Source: Bacteriovoracia bacterium (GTDB taxonomy: Bacteria > Bdellovibrionota > UBA1018 > JBFWNL01). From it: DNA of 64,000 bases. The position numbers were made by a program, and so were the translations under genes. The stretch lies in NCBI GenBank assembly GCA_050251055.1, contig JBFWNL010000002.1, positions 320,001 to 384,000 of the forward strand, in the 5' to 3' direction. Within the stretch, counting starts at the first letter, position 1, and the number at the start of each line of letters is the position of its first letter. Positions 55,838-64,000 of this stretch are shown one piece after another. Below the pieces are notes generated by a model that searched no databases, was not told where the DNA came from, and was given only the letters and a program-made list of their open reading frames with translations.

Positions 55838-58474
55838 TTACCGTATGAGCACTTCCCGCGGACGAGCGCCGTCCGCCGGTCCGACCATGCCTTTTTCTTC
55901 CATGGTCTCGATCATGCGGGCCGCCCGGTTATAGCCGACTTTGAGGTGCCGCTGCAAGAAGCTCGCGGAGGCCTGTCCCGTGCGTTTCACGAGCTCCACG
56001 GCATCCTGGAAAAGCGGATCGGCTTCTTCGTCGCCGCCGCCCTCGGCGTCGGCCTCGTCATCGATCAAAATTTCGTCGCGGTAAACCGGCTTGCCCTGTT
56101 CCTTCAGGAAGGCGGTGATCTTGTTGATCTCGTCGTCGTCCACGAAAGCGCCATGCAAACGGGTCATCTGGGCCGTGCCGGGGGGAATGAAGAGCATGTC
56201 TCCTTGTCCCAGCAGTCGCTCGGCGCCGCCCTTGTCGAGAATCGTCTTGGAATCGATGTGGCTCGCGAGCTGGAAAGATACCCGCGACGGCAGGTTCGCC
56301 TTGATCAACCCCGTGATGACGTCCGTGGACGGACGCTGGGTCGCGATTACAAGGTGAATGCCGGCGGCCCGCGCCTTCTGGGCGATGCGCGCGATAGAGA
56401 TTTCGACCTCCTTGCGCGCGACCATCATCAAATCGGCCAACTCGTCGATAATGACCACGATGTAAGGGAGTTTACCCACCTGCGGGGTTCCCGTTTCATC
56501 GGGTTCGAAAGCTTCCAGCCAATCCCCCGCGGGCCCCGTGCTCCCTCCACTACCGGAGGCTTGGCTGTCCTGGGCGGAAAGCAGGTCGCGCACGACTTCG
56601 ACCCCCATGTCTTGGACCTTCTGGTTGTAGGCGGCAAGGTTGCGCGCGCCCATGGCGGCCAAAATCCGGTACCGCCGCTCCATCTCGCGAACGGCCCACT
56701 TGAGCGCGATGGACGCATGCTTGGGGTCGTCCACCACCGGCAAGAGCAGATGTGGGATGTCGGCGTAGGAACGAAACTCGATGAACTTGGGATCCACCAG
56801 GATCAAGCGCAGCTCGTCGGGAGTGAAACGATAAAGCAAAGAACAGATCAAGCCGTTCATGAACACGGACTTGCCCGAGCCCGTCTGGCCGGCGCTGAGC
56901 AGGTGAGGCATGCGCGCCAGATCCGAGATCATGCACTGGCCGCCGATGTCCTTGCCCATGACCACGGGAATACTGAACCGTTCACCGCGAAAATCCGGGT
57001 GCTGCAGGAACTCGCGCAGGAAAACCTTCTCGCGGTTATCGCTGGGTATCTCGATCCCCACTACCGACTTCCCGGGCAAGGGAGCCAAGATACGCACGCT
57101 CTCCGCGCTCAGGGCCATTGACAGATCATCGGCCAAGGCGGCAATACGGGAAACCTTGATGCCCGGACCGGGCCGGAACTCGTACAGCGTGATCACAGGG
57201 CCGGGGCGCACGGCGGTTACCTCGCCTTCGATGCCGAAGTCGGCGAGCTTATCGCGCAGAATCGCCGAATTCTGGATCAACCGATCACGGTCAATCGAAG
57301 CGTCGATTTTAGGGGGCTTGCTGAGGAATTCGGTCGTAGGCAGCTGCCAAGCCGTCTTCTTTGCGCCAAGCTTCAGCATCGAGGCGAGCTTGGAAGCTCG
57401 TTTGGCGGCGGCCGCTTCGGCGGCAGTGGGTTCCTGCGCGGATTCTTTTTTCCACGGCAAGATCTCGGGCGCTTTGCCGGACTTCGCTCCCCGCGACGGG
57501 ATCTCCTCTTCGTCCCACTCGCTCTCCGTGCCATCGGTGTCGTCGAACTCTCCAGCCTCGGGAATCTCGGAGATCTCCACGGCCTCGGCATCCGTCAGGG
57601 CCTCCACCTCCACCCCGTCGGCGCCGGCCGCTTCCAACTCGGCGCCCTCGAGGCCAATCTCCGGAGACACCGCGCCCTTCGCCTTCCCGGCTTCGCGCTT
57701 CATCTCGGCTCCCACGGCGGTGGCGCGCTCGCGCGCCAGGCGAATCACCGCCTGGGCCGCTTTCTGGATGAATTGATACGCACCCTGCACGAGCTTCAGG
57801 CTAAACAGCCCCAAAAGATAGACGAGATAGGCCGCGGCAAGCTTCGCCCCACGGAACGTCCAGAACGCGGCCGCGCGCAACGCCTTCGACAGGAAAACCG
57901 AAACGCTCACCGGCGTGGACGCCACGACGGCGATGAAGAAGACCACGAGCGAGATGATGGAGGCACCCAGCGGATGCAGGGGCTCTTCCAGGCTTTTGGC
58001 GACCCAAGCGCCGAACACGCCGCCCGTAAGGATCGAACCGCCCGCATACGGGATCGTCGGCCACTGCAAAGTCAGGAACACGCTGAAGGAAACGACGGCG
58101 ACGCACATTCCACCCATGATGCCGGTGGCCCGCACGAAACCCTCGCGCTGGTGCACGGTGGTCGCCAGGAAAATCAGCGCCGCCGGAAGCAGGAAGCCCC
58201 CCAAGCCGATACTCTGCAAGAGCAACGAGGCGAGGTAAGCCCCGACCCAGCCGCACGCATTAGTCGCGGCCTGGTGCGTATTCGTGAAGAAGGAAGGGTC
58301 GCGTGGATTATAAGTGACGAGCGCGCAGATCGAGAACACCGCCAACGCCAAGCAAAGCAGGCTGAGAATCTCGATTGCCATGCGCTTCGGAGGAGCCCCC
58401 ACGCCGCGGGACGCCGCGACGGAGGTTCGGGGGTAGGGCTTCACGATGTTTCGGGAGATCGGTTTTCTTTGCAT
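55838..58474 (-). CDS. ftsK: DNA translocase FtsK
   Basis: N-terminal TMs, PGPVITLYE, PHLLSAGQTGSGKS, DELADLM, QRPSTDV, gamma domain GYNRAARMIE; start approximate. Confidence 0.96.
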   Translation of the reverse strand: MQRKPISRNIVKPYPRTSVAASRGVGAPPKRMAIEILSLLCLALAVFSICALVTYNPRDPSFFTNTHQAATNACGWVGAYLASLLLQSIGLGGFLLPAALIFLATTVHQREGFVRATGIMGGMCVAVVSFSVFLTLQWPTIPYAGGSILTGGVFGAWVAKSLEEPLHPLGASIISLVVFFIAVVASTPVSVSVFLSKALRAAAFWTFRGAKLAAAYLVYLLGLFSLKLVQGAYQFIQKAAQAVIRLARERATAVGAEMKREAGKAKGAVSPEIGLEGAELEAAGADGVEVEALTDAEAVEISEIPEAGEFDDTDGTESEWDEEEIPSRGAKSGKAPEILPWKKESAQEPTAAEAAAAKRASKLASMLKLGAKKTAWQLPTTEFLSKPPKIDASIDRDRLIQNSAILRDKLADFGIEGEVTAVRPGPVITLYEFRPGPGIKVSRIAALADDLSMALSAESVRILAPLPGKSVVGIEIPSDNREKVFLREFLQHPDFRGERFSIPVVMGKDIGGQCMISDLARMPHLLSAGQTGSGKSVFMNGLICSLLYRFTPDELRLILVDPKFIEFRSYADIPHLLLPVVDDPKHASIALKWAVREMERRYRILAAMGARNLAAYNQKVQDMGVEVVRDLLSAQDSQASGSGGSTGPAGDWLEAFEPDETGTPQVGKLPYIVVIIDELADLMMVARKEVEISIARIAQKARAAGIHLVIATQRPSTDVITGLIKANLPSRVSFQLASHIDSKTILDKGGAERLLGQGDMLFIPPGTAQMTRLHGAFVDDDEINKITAFLKEQGKPVYRDEILIDDEADAEGGGDEEADPLFQDAVELVKRTGQASASFLQRHLKVGYNRAARMIETMEEKGMVGPADGARPREVLIR

Positions 58475-58534
58475 GCGGCTCTCACACCTGTATTTGACTG
58501 CGTATTCATTCATGATAACACGGCTGTTCGAGTT

Positions 58535-59497
58535 ATGAACACTGCAGTACTCGCCTATGATTTGGGCGGCACAAAAGTGGCGGTCGGCGTAGTCGATGTG
58601 CGCGAAGGCCAGGGCCGATCGGACGGAAAGATCCTCGCGGAAACGCGCGAGCCCATCCACGTCGAGCGGGGACGGGCCGACGTCATGAATCATCTCGCCG
58701 AGCTGGGAAAAAAATTCCTGCGTGAGTACCCGAAAATCCGCGCGGTGGGCATCGCTTCGGCGGGCCCCCTGGATCCGGTGAAAGGGGTTTTGCTCGACCC
58801 CACCAACCTGGTGACCGAAGGCAAGAGCTGGGGCCAGGTCCCGATCGCCCGCGAGCTTTCGCGACGTTTAAAACGCAAAGTCTGGCTCGACAACGACGCC
58901 GCCGCCGCCATGCTGGCCGAGCAGCGCTGGGGAGCCGCGAAAAAGCGGCAAAATGCCATGATTTTGACGCTCGGAACGGGCTTAGGCACCGGCATCATCT
59001 GTAACGGCAAGCTGGTACGCAGCGGGCGCATGCTTCATCCCGAAGGCGGACACGTCATCCTGCGCGCGGATGACGGGGACGCTCCCTGCGGCTGCGGAAA
59101 TCTGGGCTGCGCCGAAGCCTACCTGTCAGGCCGCAACTTCACACGTCGGTTTCGCCGGTCATATGGCGACCCATCCCTTTCGGGATCGCAAATCACGGAA
59201 CTCGCGCGCGACGGAAACCTCGCGGCCCGAGCGGCTTTTGCGGACTACGCAAAGACGCTCGCCATCGCGATCCACAACTACGTCGTGCTGTTCTCTCCCG
59301 AAGTCGTCGTGCTTACCGGAAGCTTCGCCGAAGCCGCCGATCTTTTTCTGGAACCGGCCCGCCAACAGCTCGAAGGACTGCTCGCGCGACGGCGCGTGGG
59401 CAAGGATCTGATGCCTAAGTTACTGCTCAGTCGCCTAAATAATCGCGCCGGAATTTTGGGCGGAGCTCTCGTCGCCCACTATCAAGGCAAAATCTAA
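58535..59497 (+). CDS. ROK-family sugar kinase (glucokinase-like)
   Basis: YDLGGTK, LDNDAAAA, LTLGTGLGTG, EGGH, CGCGNLGCAEAY. Confidence 0.9.
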   Translation: MNTAVLAYDLGGTKVAVGVVDVREGQGRSDGKILAETREPIHVERGRADVMNHLAELGKKFLREYPKIRAVGIASAGPLDPVKGVLLDPTNLVTEGKSWGQVPIARELSRRLKRKVWLDNDAAAAMLAEQRWGAAKKRQNAMILTLGTGLGTGIICNGKLVRSGRMLHPEGGHVILRADDGDAPCGCGNLGCAEAYLSGRNFTRRFRRSYGDPSLSGSQITELARDGNLAARAAFADYAKTLAIAIHNYVVLFSPEVVVLTGSFAEAADLFLEPARQQLEGLLARRRVGKDLMPKLLLSRLNNRAGILGGALVAHYQGKI

Positions 59498-59614
59498 CAC
59501 TTCGCGCAACTCAAACTCCCTTCGCCCGAATTACGCGTCGAGTCTTGCGTACCGTAATTTCGTTGACACTAGGGGTTGGCTATCCGACTGTAAAATCATA
59601 AAGGAGATTCATTC

Positions 59615-60694
59615 ATGCTGGTATCCTCGCTTAAGGAAAGAATCATTATCGTCCTCATGGCTGGCGCGGCGATCGCGGCCGTTACCCTCAATCCGGCCTA
59701 CGCCTCTCGCTCGAAGGTGCTCGTATCGGGCGCGGGCGACGGCGGCATGATCCTCGGGGGCACGGGCTCCAGCGGGAGTCTCTACACCGACAGCGTGTAC
59801 AACATGTTCTACAACCCGTCTTACATTAACGACTACGGACAATGGGCGATCATCGAAAAGACCAACGGCACGGCGCCGGGCGGCGGTGCCGCGGCCGCCG
59901 CAGACGGCGGATTCGTGATGGCGTTTGCGAACGTCAACTTCGGATTCTTCTTCAACCGCGTCGACGGCACTTCCGGCTTCAACGTCGGCTCTTTCAACAA
60001 CCGCTTCAACTTCCGGCCGTTTGACTTCACGTTGGGCGCCGACATGGGCGGAGTGAAATGGGGCCTGGGCCTCACTTACGGCGGCTTCAAAGGCGCCACG
60101 ATCACCGACAAAGACTTGCAGATTCGTCTCGGAGCGCAGTGGGCGGGACTCGATCCGTTCATCGGTTTCACGGCCGTGGGCAACGGCAACGTTGGCGGCA
60201 CCGACACCACGGTGAAGGATTTCACCGCCGGTTTGCGCTATCACTGGGGTGAGTGGCTCCCTTACTTCGCCTATATGCAAAACAGCACGGGCGGCAACGT
60301 CGTGGCGAAAAACTGGGGTATCGGTTTTGGGCGCAACACGCGCATGTCCGACGTCGTGAAGCTCGATTATAGCGTTGGCTTCTGGCGTGCGACCCAAGCC
60401 TCCACGTCGCGCGTGCCCTTCTCTCTCACCGTGGAAGGCAAGCTCACTTCGTGGTGCGCCTTGCGCGGGGGCGTCCAGTACAACTTCCTGGATCAAACAA
60501 ACGGGGTTTCGAACGCCGATTCCACCAAAGGGCGCATCGGCGCGAGCTTCTTCACCGACGGCCTCTCGCTGGACTGGGCGCTCGGCAACATCGCCACCCA
60601 GGCGAGTGCTTCCGAAGCGGGACGCATCGATTCGACGGCGTTCGCGCTCGACTCGGCCCTCTTCACTTCGGCTAGCTTGACCTATAAGTGGTAA
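59615..60694 (+). CDS. Porin-like outer-membrane protein resembling the Bdellovibrio major OMP family
   Basis: Signal peptide; GSLYTDSVYNMFYNPSYIN segment; many amphipathic strands; terminal YKW; biased codons; own terminator. Confidence 0.7.
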   Translation: MLVSSLKERIIIVLMAGAAIAAVTLNPAYASRSKVLVSGAGDGGMILGGTGSSGSLYTDSVYNMFYNPSYINDYGQWAIIEKTNGTAPGGGAAAAADGGFVMAFANVNFGFFFNRVDGTSGFNVGSFNNRFNFRPFDFTLGADMGGVKWGLGLTYGGFKGATITDKDLQIRLGAQWAGLDPFIGFTAVGNGNVGGTDTTVKDFTAGLRYHWGEWLPYFAYMQNSTGGNVVAKNWGIGFGRNTRMSDVVKLDYSVGFWRATQASTSRVPFSLTVEGKLTSWCALRGGVQYNFLDQTNGVSNADSTKGRIGASFFTDGLSLDWALGNIATQASASEAGRIDSTAFALDSALFTSASLTYKW

Positions 60695-60716
60695 GTTAAA
60701 CGATCCGACCGATCTC

Positions 60717-60757
60717 AAAAAGGCGGGACGCCCTAAACGTCCCGCCTTTTTTATTTT
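60717..60757 (+). terminator. Intrinsic terminator
   Basis: AAAAAGGCGGGACG-CCCTAAA-CGTCCCGCCTTTTT plus T tract. Confidence 0.85.
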
Positions 60758-60862
60758 CTCCGCAAGCCTTTGATTCCATAAATATAAATCATCTCCATAA
60801 CTTACAACCCACTCCCGGGTAGGGCTTGCCTGTCCGGCTCCTTTCATCTAATTCCTTCGTGC

Positions 60863-61642
60863 ATGATCCCTCCCAACTTCGCCCCCGAAACCTGGTCGAC
60901 GCGCTTTCACGCGAAGGCCGCTGAAATCTGTGCGGCCACGGTCGATCCATCCCATGATCTCGCACATCTTTCGCGCGTCGTGCGGGTGGCGCGGGAAATC
61001 TGCGCGCTCGAAGGCGCCCGCTGGGAAGTCGTTTTGCCCGCCTCATACTTCCACGACTTCGTCTTGGTAGAAAAAAACGACCCTCGACGGCGAGAGGCCT
61101 CGCGTCTTTCCGCCACCGCCGCGACCCAATGGCTGCGCGAGCAAGGTTATCCCGAACCGATTTTGCCGGAAGTTGCCCACGCCATCGAAGCGCATAGCTA
61201 TAGCGCCGGCATCCCCCCGCGCACGCTGGAGGCAAAGATCGTACAGGACGCTGATCGTCTCGATGCCTTGGGCTCGATCGGCGTCATGCGCGCTTTTTCG
61301 ATGGGAGGCCGTCTGAACCGGCCCTTCTATTCGGTTCGTGACCCCTTCTGCGTGAATCGCGCGCCAAACGACGGCGAATTCACGCTCGATCACTTTTACG
61401 CGAAACTCTTGAAGTTGGAGGCGTCTCTCCAGACGGATTCCGCGCGCGAGATCGCGGGGACCCGCATGCGCTTCATGCGCGACTTTCTCGCCCAACTCGC
61501 GCGGGAAGTCGGATCAGAACCGGAAGGTGATCCCGACGAGCGTCAACTCGTGACTAAGCTCGGCGCGGATCCCCAGGTTGTCCTGGAAGTAGTAAACCGC
61601 GCCCGCCCCGAAGCGGGGGTGGAAGCGAAAAATATTTCCTAG
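60863..61642 (+). CDS. HD-domain phosphohydrolase (YedJ-like)
   Basis: SHDLAHLSRV, YFHD, AHSYS, VQDADRLDALG, DHFYAKLL. Confidence 0.88.
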   Translation: MIPPNFAPETWSTRFHAKAAEICAATVDPSHDLAHLSRVVRVAREICALEGARWEVVLPASYFHDFVLVEKNDPRRREASRLSATAATQWLREQGYPEPILPEVAHAIEAHSYSAGIPPRTLEAKIVQDADRLDALGSIGVMRAFSMGGRLNRPFYSVRDPFCVNRAPNDGEFTLDHFYAKLLKLEASLQTDSAREIAGTRMRFMRDFLAQLAREVGSEPEGDPDERQLVTKLGADPQVVLEVVNRARPEAGVEAKNIS

Positions 61643-62128
61643 GCTCGACCCACCGGAAATCCCCCCAAAGCCGCCCAACGCAAAGACCGTCCAGCGCTCG
61701 CTGTGCACGAAATCCCAGCGAAGATGCAGGCTGTACTCAAAGCCCGTCCCACCGTTCAGAAAAAGCGCACCCAGTTCGCCCTCAACAAATAGCTGGTTAT
61801 TGATATCGGGGATAAAGCCCCGCTCCATTACCCGCACGGCTCCGGCGAAAATCAGGCCGACCCCGGCCTGGCCGTCAACCAAGCCCAACCCGGTCATCGC
61901 GCCCACGTTCACGGGGTAAGCAGGTGACATTCCTTTCCAAGCCTCGGCGCTGCCCGAGGTTTCCGTGACCATCGACTTCATGACGGTGGTCGTAGTGCTC
62001 GTTTGCGTGCGGGTCGTACGCGGGGTGTTCGGCTGAGTGACGTGCACCGTGGTCGGCTCTTCCGCCCGGGTCACGCCCACCCCCATAGAAACCAAAACCA
62101 GAAAAATGGAAACTTGCTTTGTCGGCAT
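61514..62128 (-). CDS. Small outer-membrane beta-barrel protein
   Basis: Signal peptide, Thr-rich linker, amphipathic strands, terminal GITFRF. Confidence 0.75.
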   Translation of the reverse strand: MPTKQVSIFLVLVSMGVGVTRAEEPTTVHVTQPNTPRTTRTQTSTTTTVMKSMVTETSGSAEAWKGMSPAYPVNVGAMTGLGLVDGQAGVGLIFAGAVRVMERGFIPDINNQLFVEGELGALFLNGGTGFEYSLHLRWDFVHSERWTVFALGGFGGISGGSSLGNIFRFHPRFGAGAVYYFQDNLGIRAELSHELTLVGITFRF

Positions 62129-62243
62129 CGCGCCCCCCGAGTTATAACCTGCGTTGATCCTTCAGGTATCGCGCGACTTCCCGCGCTCGGCAAGCGAATT
62201 GATCGCTTAGCACGGAAGGGCAGGCGGTCGTGGTAGCCGCAAG

Positions 62244-62897
62244 CTACTCGACGACCTGTTGATGGCGATCGAGCAAGTTCTTGAGAATCGCTGCGGTCGC
62301 GCCCCAAATGTGAAATTTTTGGTAACGAAACACGTGCGTCGGCAGCCGGATCGTCCCGGTTTGAAACCACTCCTGCGAGTAAATCTCGCCCCCCGCGAGC
62401 TCCGCCCACGGCAACCAAAACACCTCTTCAATCTCGTGACGGCTAATATGCAATGACACTTCCTCGATCGGACGTTTCAGTCGCGCCAAGTAAGGCGTAA
62501 TCCAGGTCCCCGTGGCAAGGGTGGCAAGCTTGGGCAGTCTCCCTAAAATTTCCAATTCGGTGGCAGCGATACCCACCTCTTCCGCGGTCTCACGCAAAGC
62601 CGTCGAGGCAAGATCGGTGTCCTCGGGATCCCTCATCCCCCCAGGTAGGGCAACCTGACCCTTGTGAGACTCCACCGTGTGCGTGCGAAGCGTGAGAAGC
62701 AGCCGGGGGGCGCCGGGCGAGACCGCGCTTTCACCAAAAACGACCAGCACGGCCGCTTGGCCAAACTCCTCCGGAAAATCGGGTTGCGCGCGCTTACGGT
62801 GGACGAGCATCTCCCGAAACGAATCCTCTCCCGCGCGATCCAGATAAGGCAGGTCGAGGGTTAGCGCCGATCGAATTTTTCCAAAGAAATCCGACAT
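62244..62897 (-). CDS. Nudix CoA pyrophosphatase (NudL-like)
   Basis: HKGQVALPGG, ALRETAEEVG Nudix box, IWGATA. Confidence 0.9.
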   Translation of the reverse strand: MSDFFGKIRSALTLDLPYLDRAGEDSFREMLVHRKRAQPDFPEEFGQAAVLVVFGESAVSPGAPRLLLTLRTHTVESHKGQVALPGGMRDPEDTDLASTALRETAEEVGIAATELEILGRLPKLATLATGTWITPYLARLKRPIEEVSLHISRHEIEEVFWLPWAELAGGEIYSQEWFQTGTIRLPTHVFRYQKFHIWGATAAILKNLLDRHQQVVE

Positions 62898-62962
62898 CTG
62901 ATACCTATACGCCCGCCCGCCCGATTGCGCAATGTGGCCCCCTATGCTACCCCCGGCTCTCC

Positions 62963-63994
62963 ATGAAGTTTCGTGAAATCGTGCAAAACCCCCGCCGGCA
63001 GCATTGTCTCCGCGTCCGAGCCCACGTGGAACAGGCTACCCGCGATTACTTTCGAGAAGCCGGTTTTTGGGAAACCCGCACGCCGCTCTTGGTGCCGTCG
63101 CCCGGCATGGAACCCCACATCCGCCCCTTTCAAGTGACGGGGCACGGACATGGCTTTACCCGCCCGGTCTTCTTGCCCACTTCGCCCGAGTTCGCGATGA
63201 AGCGATTGCTCGCCGGCGGCCTGGAAAAGATCTTTCAGATCGCGCCCGCTTTCCGTGACGAACCGGTTTCGCCGATACACCACCCCGAGTTCACCATGCT
63301 CGAATGGTACCGCGCACGCGCCCCGCTCGATGCTCTGATGGCGGACGTGGAGGCGCTCTTTCGACGTTGGGCGGGGAAAGATCACTTCACTTACCAAGGT
63401 AAGGAAATTTCCCTAGGTGGGCCTTGGCCTCGCCGACGCACGCGGGAGCTCTTTCAAGAATATCTGGGCATCGATTTAGGACGCGCGACTTCCGCCGACC
63501 TTAGCCACGCCTGCACCGGGCTGGGGCTCCCTCGAAACGAGACCGATACATGGGATGACCTCTACTTCAAGCTGTGGCTGAACCAGATCGAACCAAAACT
63601 GCCGACGGACCGCCCGCTCTTCGTCACGCACTATCCGGAGTCCCAGGCCGCGCTCGCCCGCGTGGAACCGGACGCCGACGGCACCCGATGGGCGCAGCGC
63701 TTCGAAGTTTACGTTGGCGGCTTCGAGCTCGCCAACGCCTTCCATGAGCTCACCGACCCCCAGGAGCAACGCCGGCGCTTTGCCGCCGACATGGAGCTGC
63801 GCGCGCGCATCTACGGGGCGGATTTTCCGAAGACCCCGGTCGATGACGGCTTCTTACAAGCTCTAGACGAAGGACTGCCCGAATCCAGCGGCATCGCGCT
63901 CGGCTTGGACCGGGCAATCCTCCTCCTAGCGGACGAAACAGACATCGACTACGCATGCTGGCTTCCGCCCTTCCGGCCGGAGTCGGCGACCTAA
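62963..63994 (+). CDS. epmA: EF-P lysine aminoacylase (GenX/PoxA)
   Basis: LPTSPEFAMKRLL, HHPEFTMLEWYR, ELANAFHELTD, SGIALGLDR; no anticodon-binding domain. Confidence 0.93.
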   Translation: MKFREIVQNPRRQHCLRVRAHVEQATRDYFREAGFWETRTPLLVPSPGMEPHIRPFQVTGHGHGFTRPVFLPTSPEFAMKRLLAGGLEKIFQIAPAFRDEPVSPIHHPEFTMLEWYRARAPLDALMADVEALFRRWAGKDHFTYQGKEISLGGPWPRRRTRELFQEYLGIDLGRATSADLSHACTGLGLPRNETDTWDDLYFKLWLNQIEPKLPTDRPLFVTHYPESQAALARVEPDADGTRWAQRFEVYVGGFELANAFHELTDPQEQRRRFAADMELRARIYGADFPKTPVDDGFLQALDEGLPESSGIALGLDRAILLLADETDIDYACWLPPFRPESAT

Positions 63995-64000
63995 CGCCGC

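Noticed and set aside
57773-58693. Apparent large overlap of the ROK and FtsK ORFs
   Set aside because: ORF-caller extensions; starts at 58535 and about 58474 give a normal divergent pair.
1-64000. CRISPR arrays, IS elements, prophage, rRNA/tRNA and known defence systems
   Set aside because: I saw no spaced direct repeats, transposase, integrase, phage or defence motifs, or cloverleaf structures. The only tandem repeats noticed are coding linkers. A visual scan could miss short elements.

Overview
High-GC, gene-dense bacterial chromosome segment of mostly core genes. Gene content and many secreted, lipoprotein and outer-membrane hypotheticals suggest a Bdellovibrionota/Oligoflexia-like organism (inference). 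It carries translation genes (infC, rpmI, rplT, pheS, pheT, rpmB, rpsO, aspS, epmA, an NFACT/RqcH homolog, a CCA-adding enzyme), ihfA, ispA, murI, rdgB, ridA, maeB, an RpoH-family sigma factor, pnp, tmk, holB, uvrB, ftsK and glpD. It also encodes several secreted proteases and beta-barrels. I saw no rRNA, tRNA, CRISPR array, transposase or prophage. Best leads: (1) an MCE/Mla-type ABC system with two ATPases and two permeases whose degenerate residues fall in one composite nucleotide site, next to a MATE, a lipase-like hydrolase and glpD; (2) a stand-alone infC split from rpmI-rplT by a subtilase; (3) repeated leaderless-mRNA and non-canonical start signatures; (4) an unannotated 29-aa membrane microprotein behind a sigma-54-like promoter; (5) a switch-like structured 5' leader at about 14.1 kb. 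All family calls come from motif recognition by eye, with no database searches.
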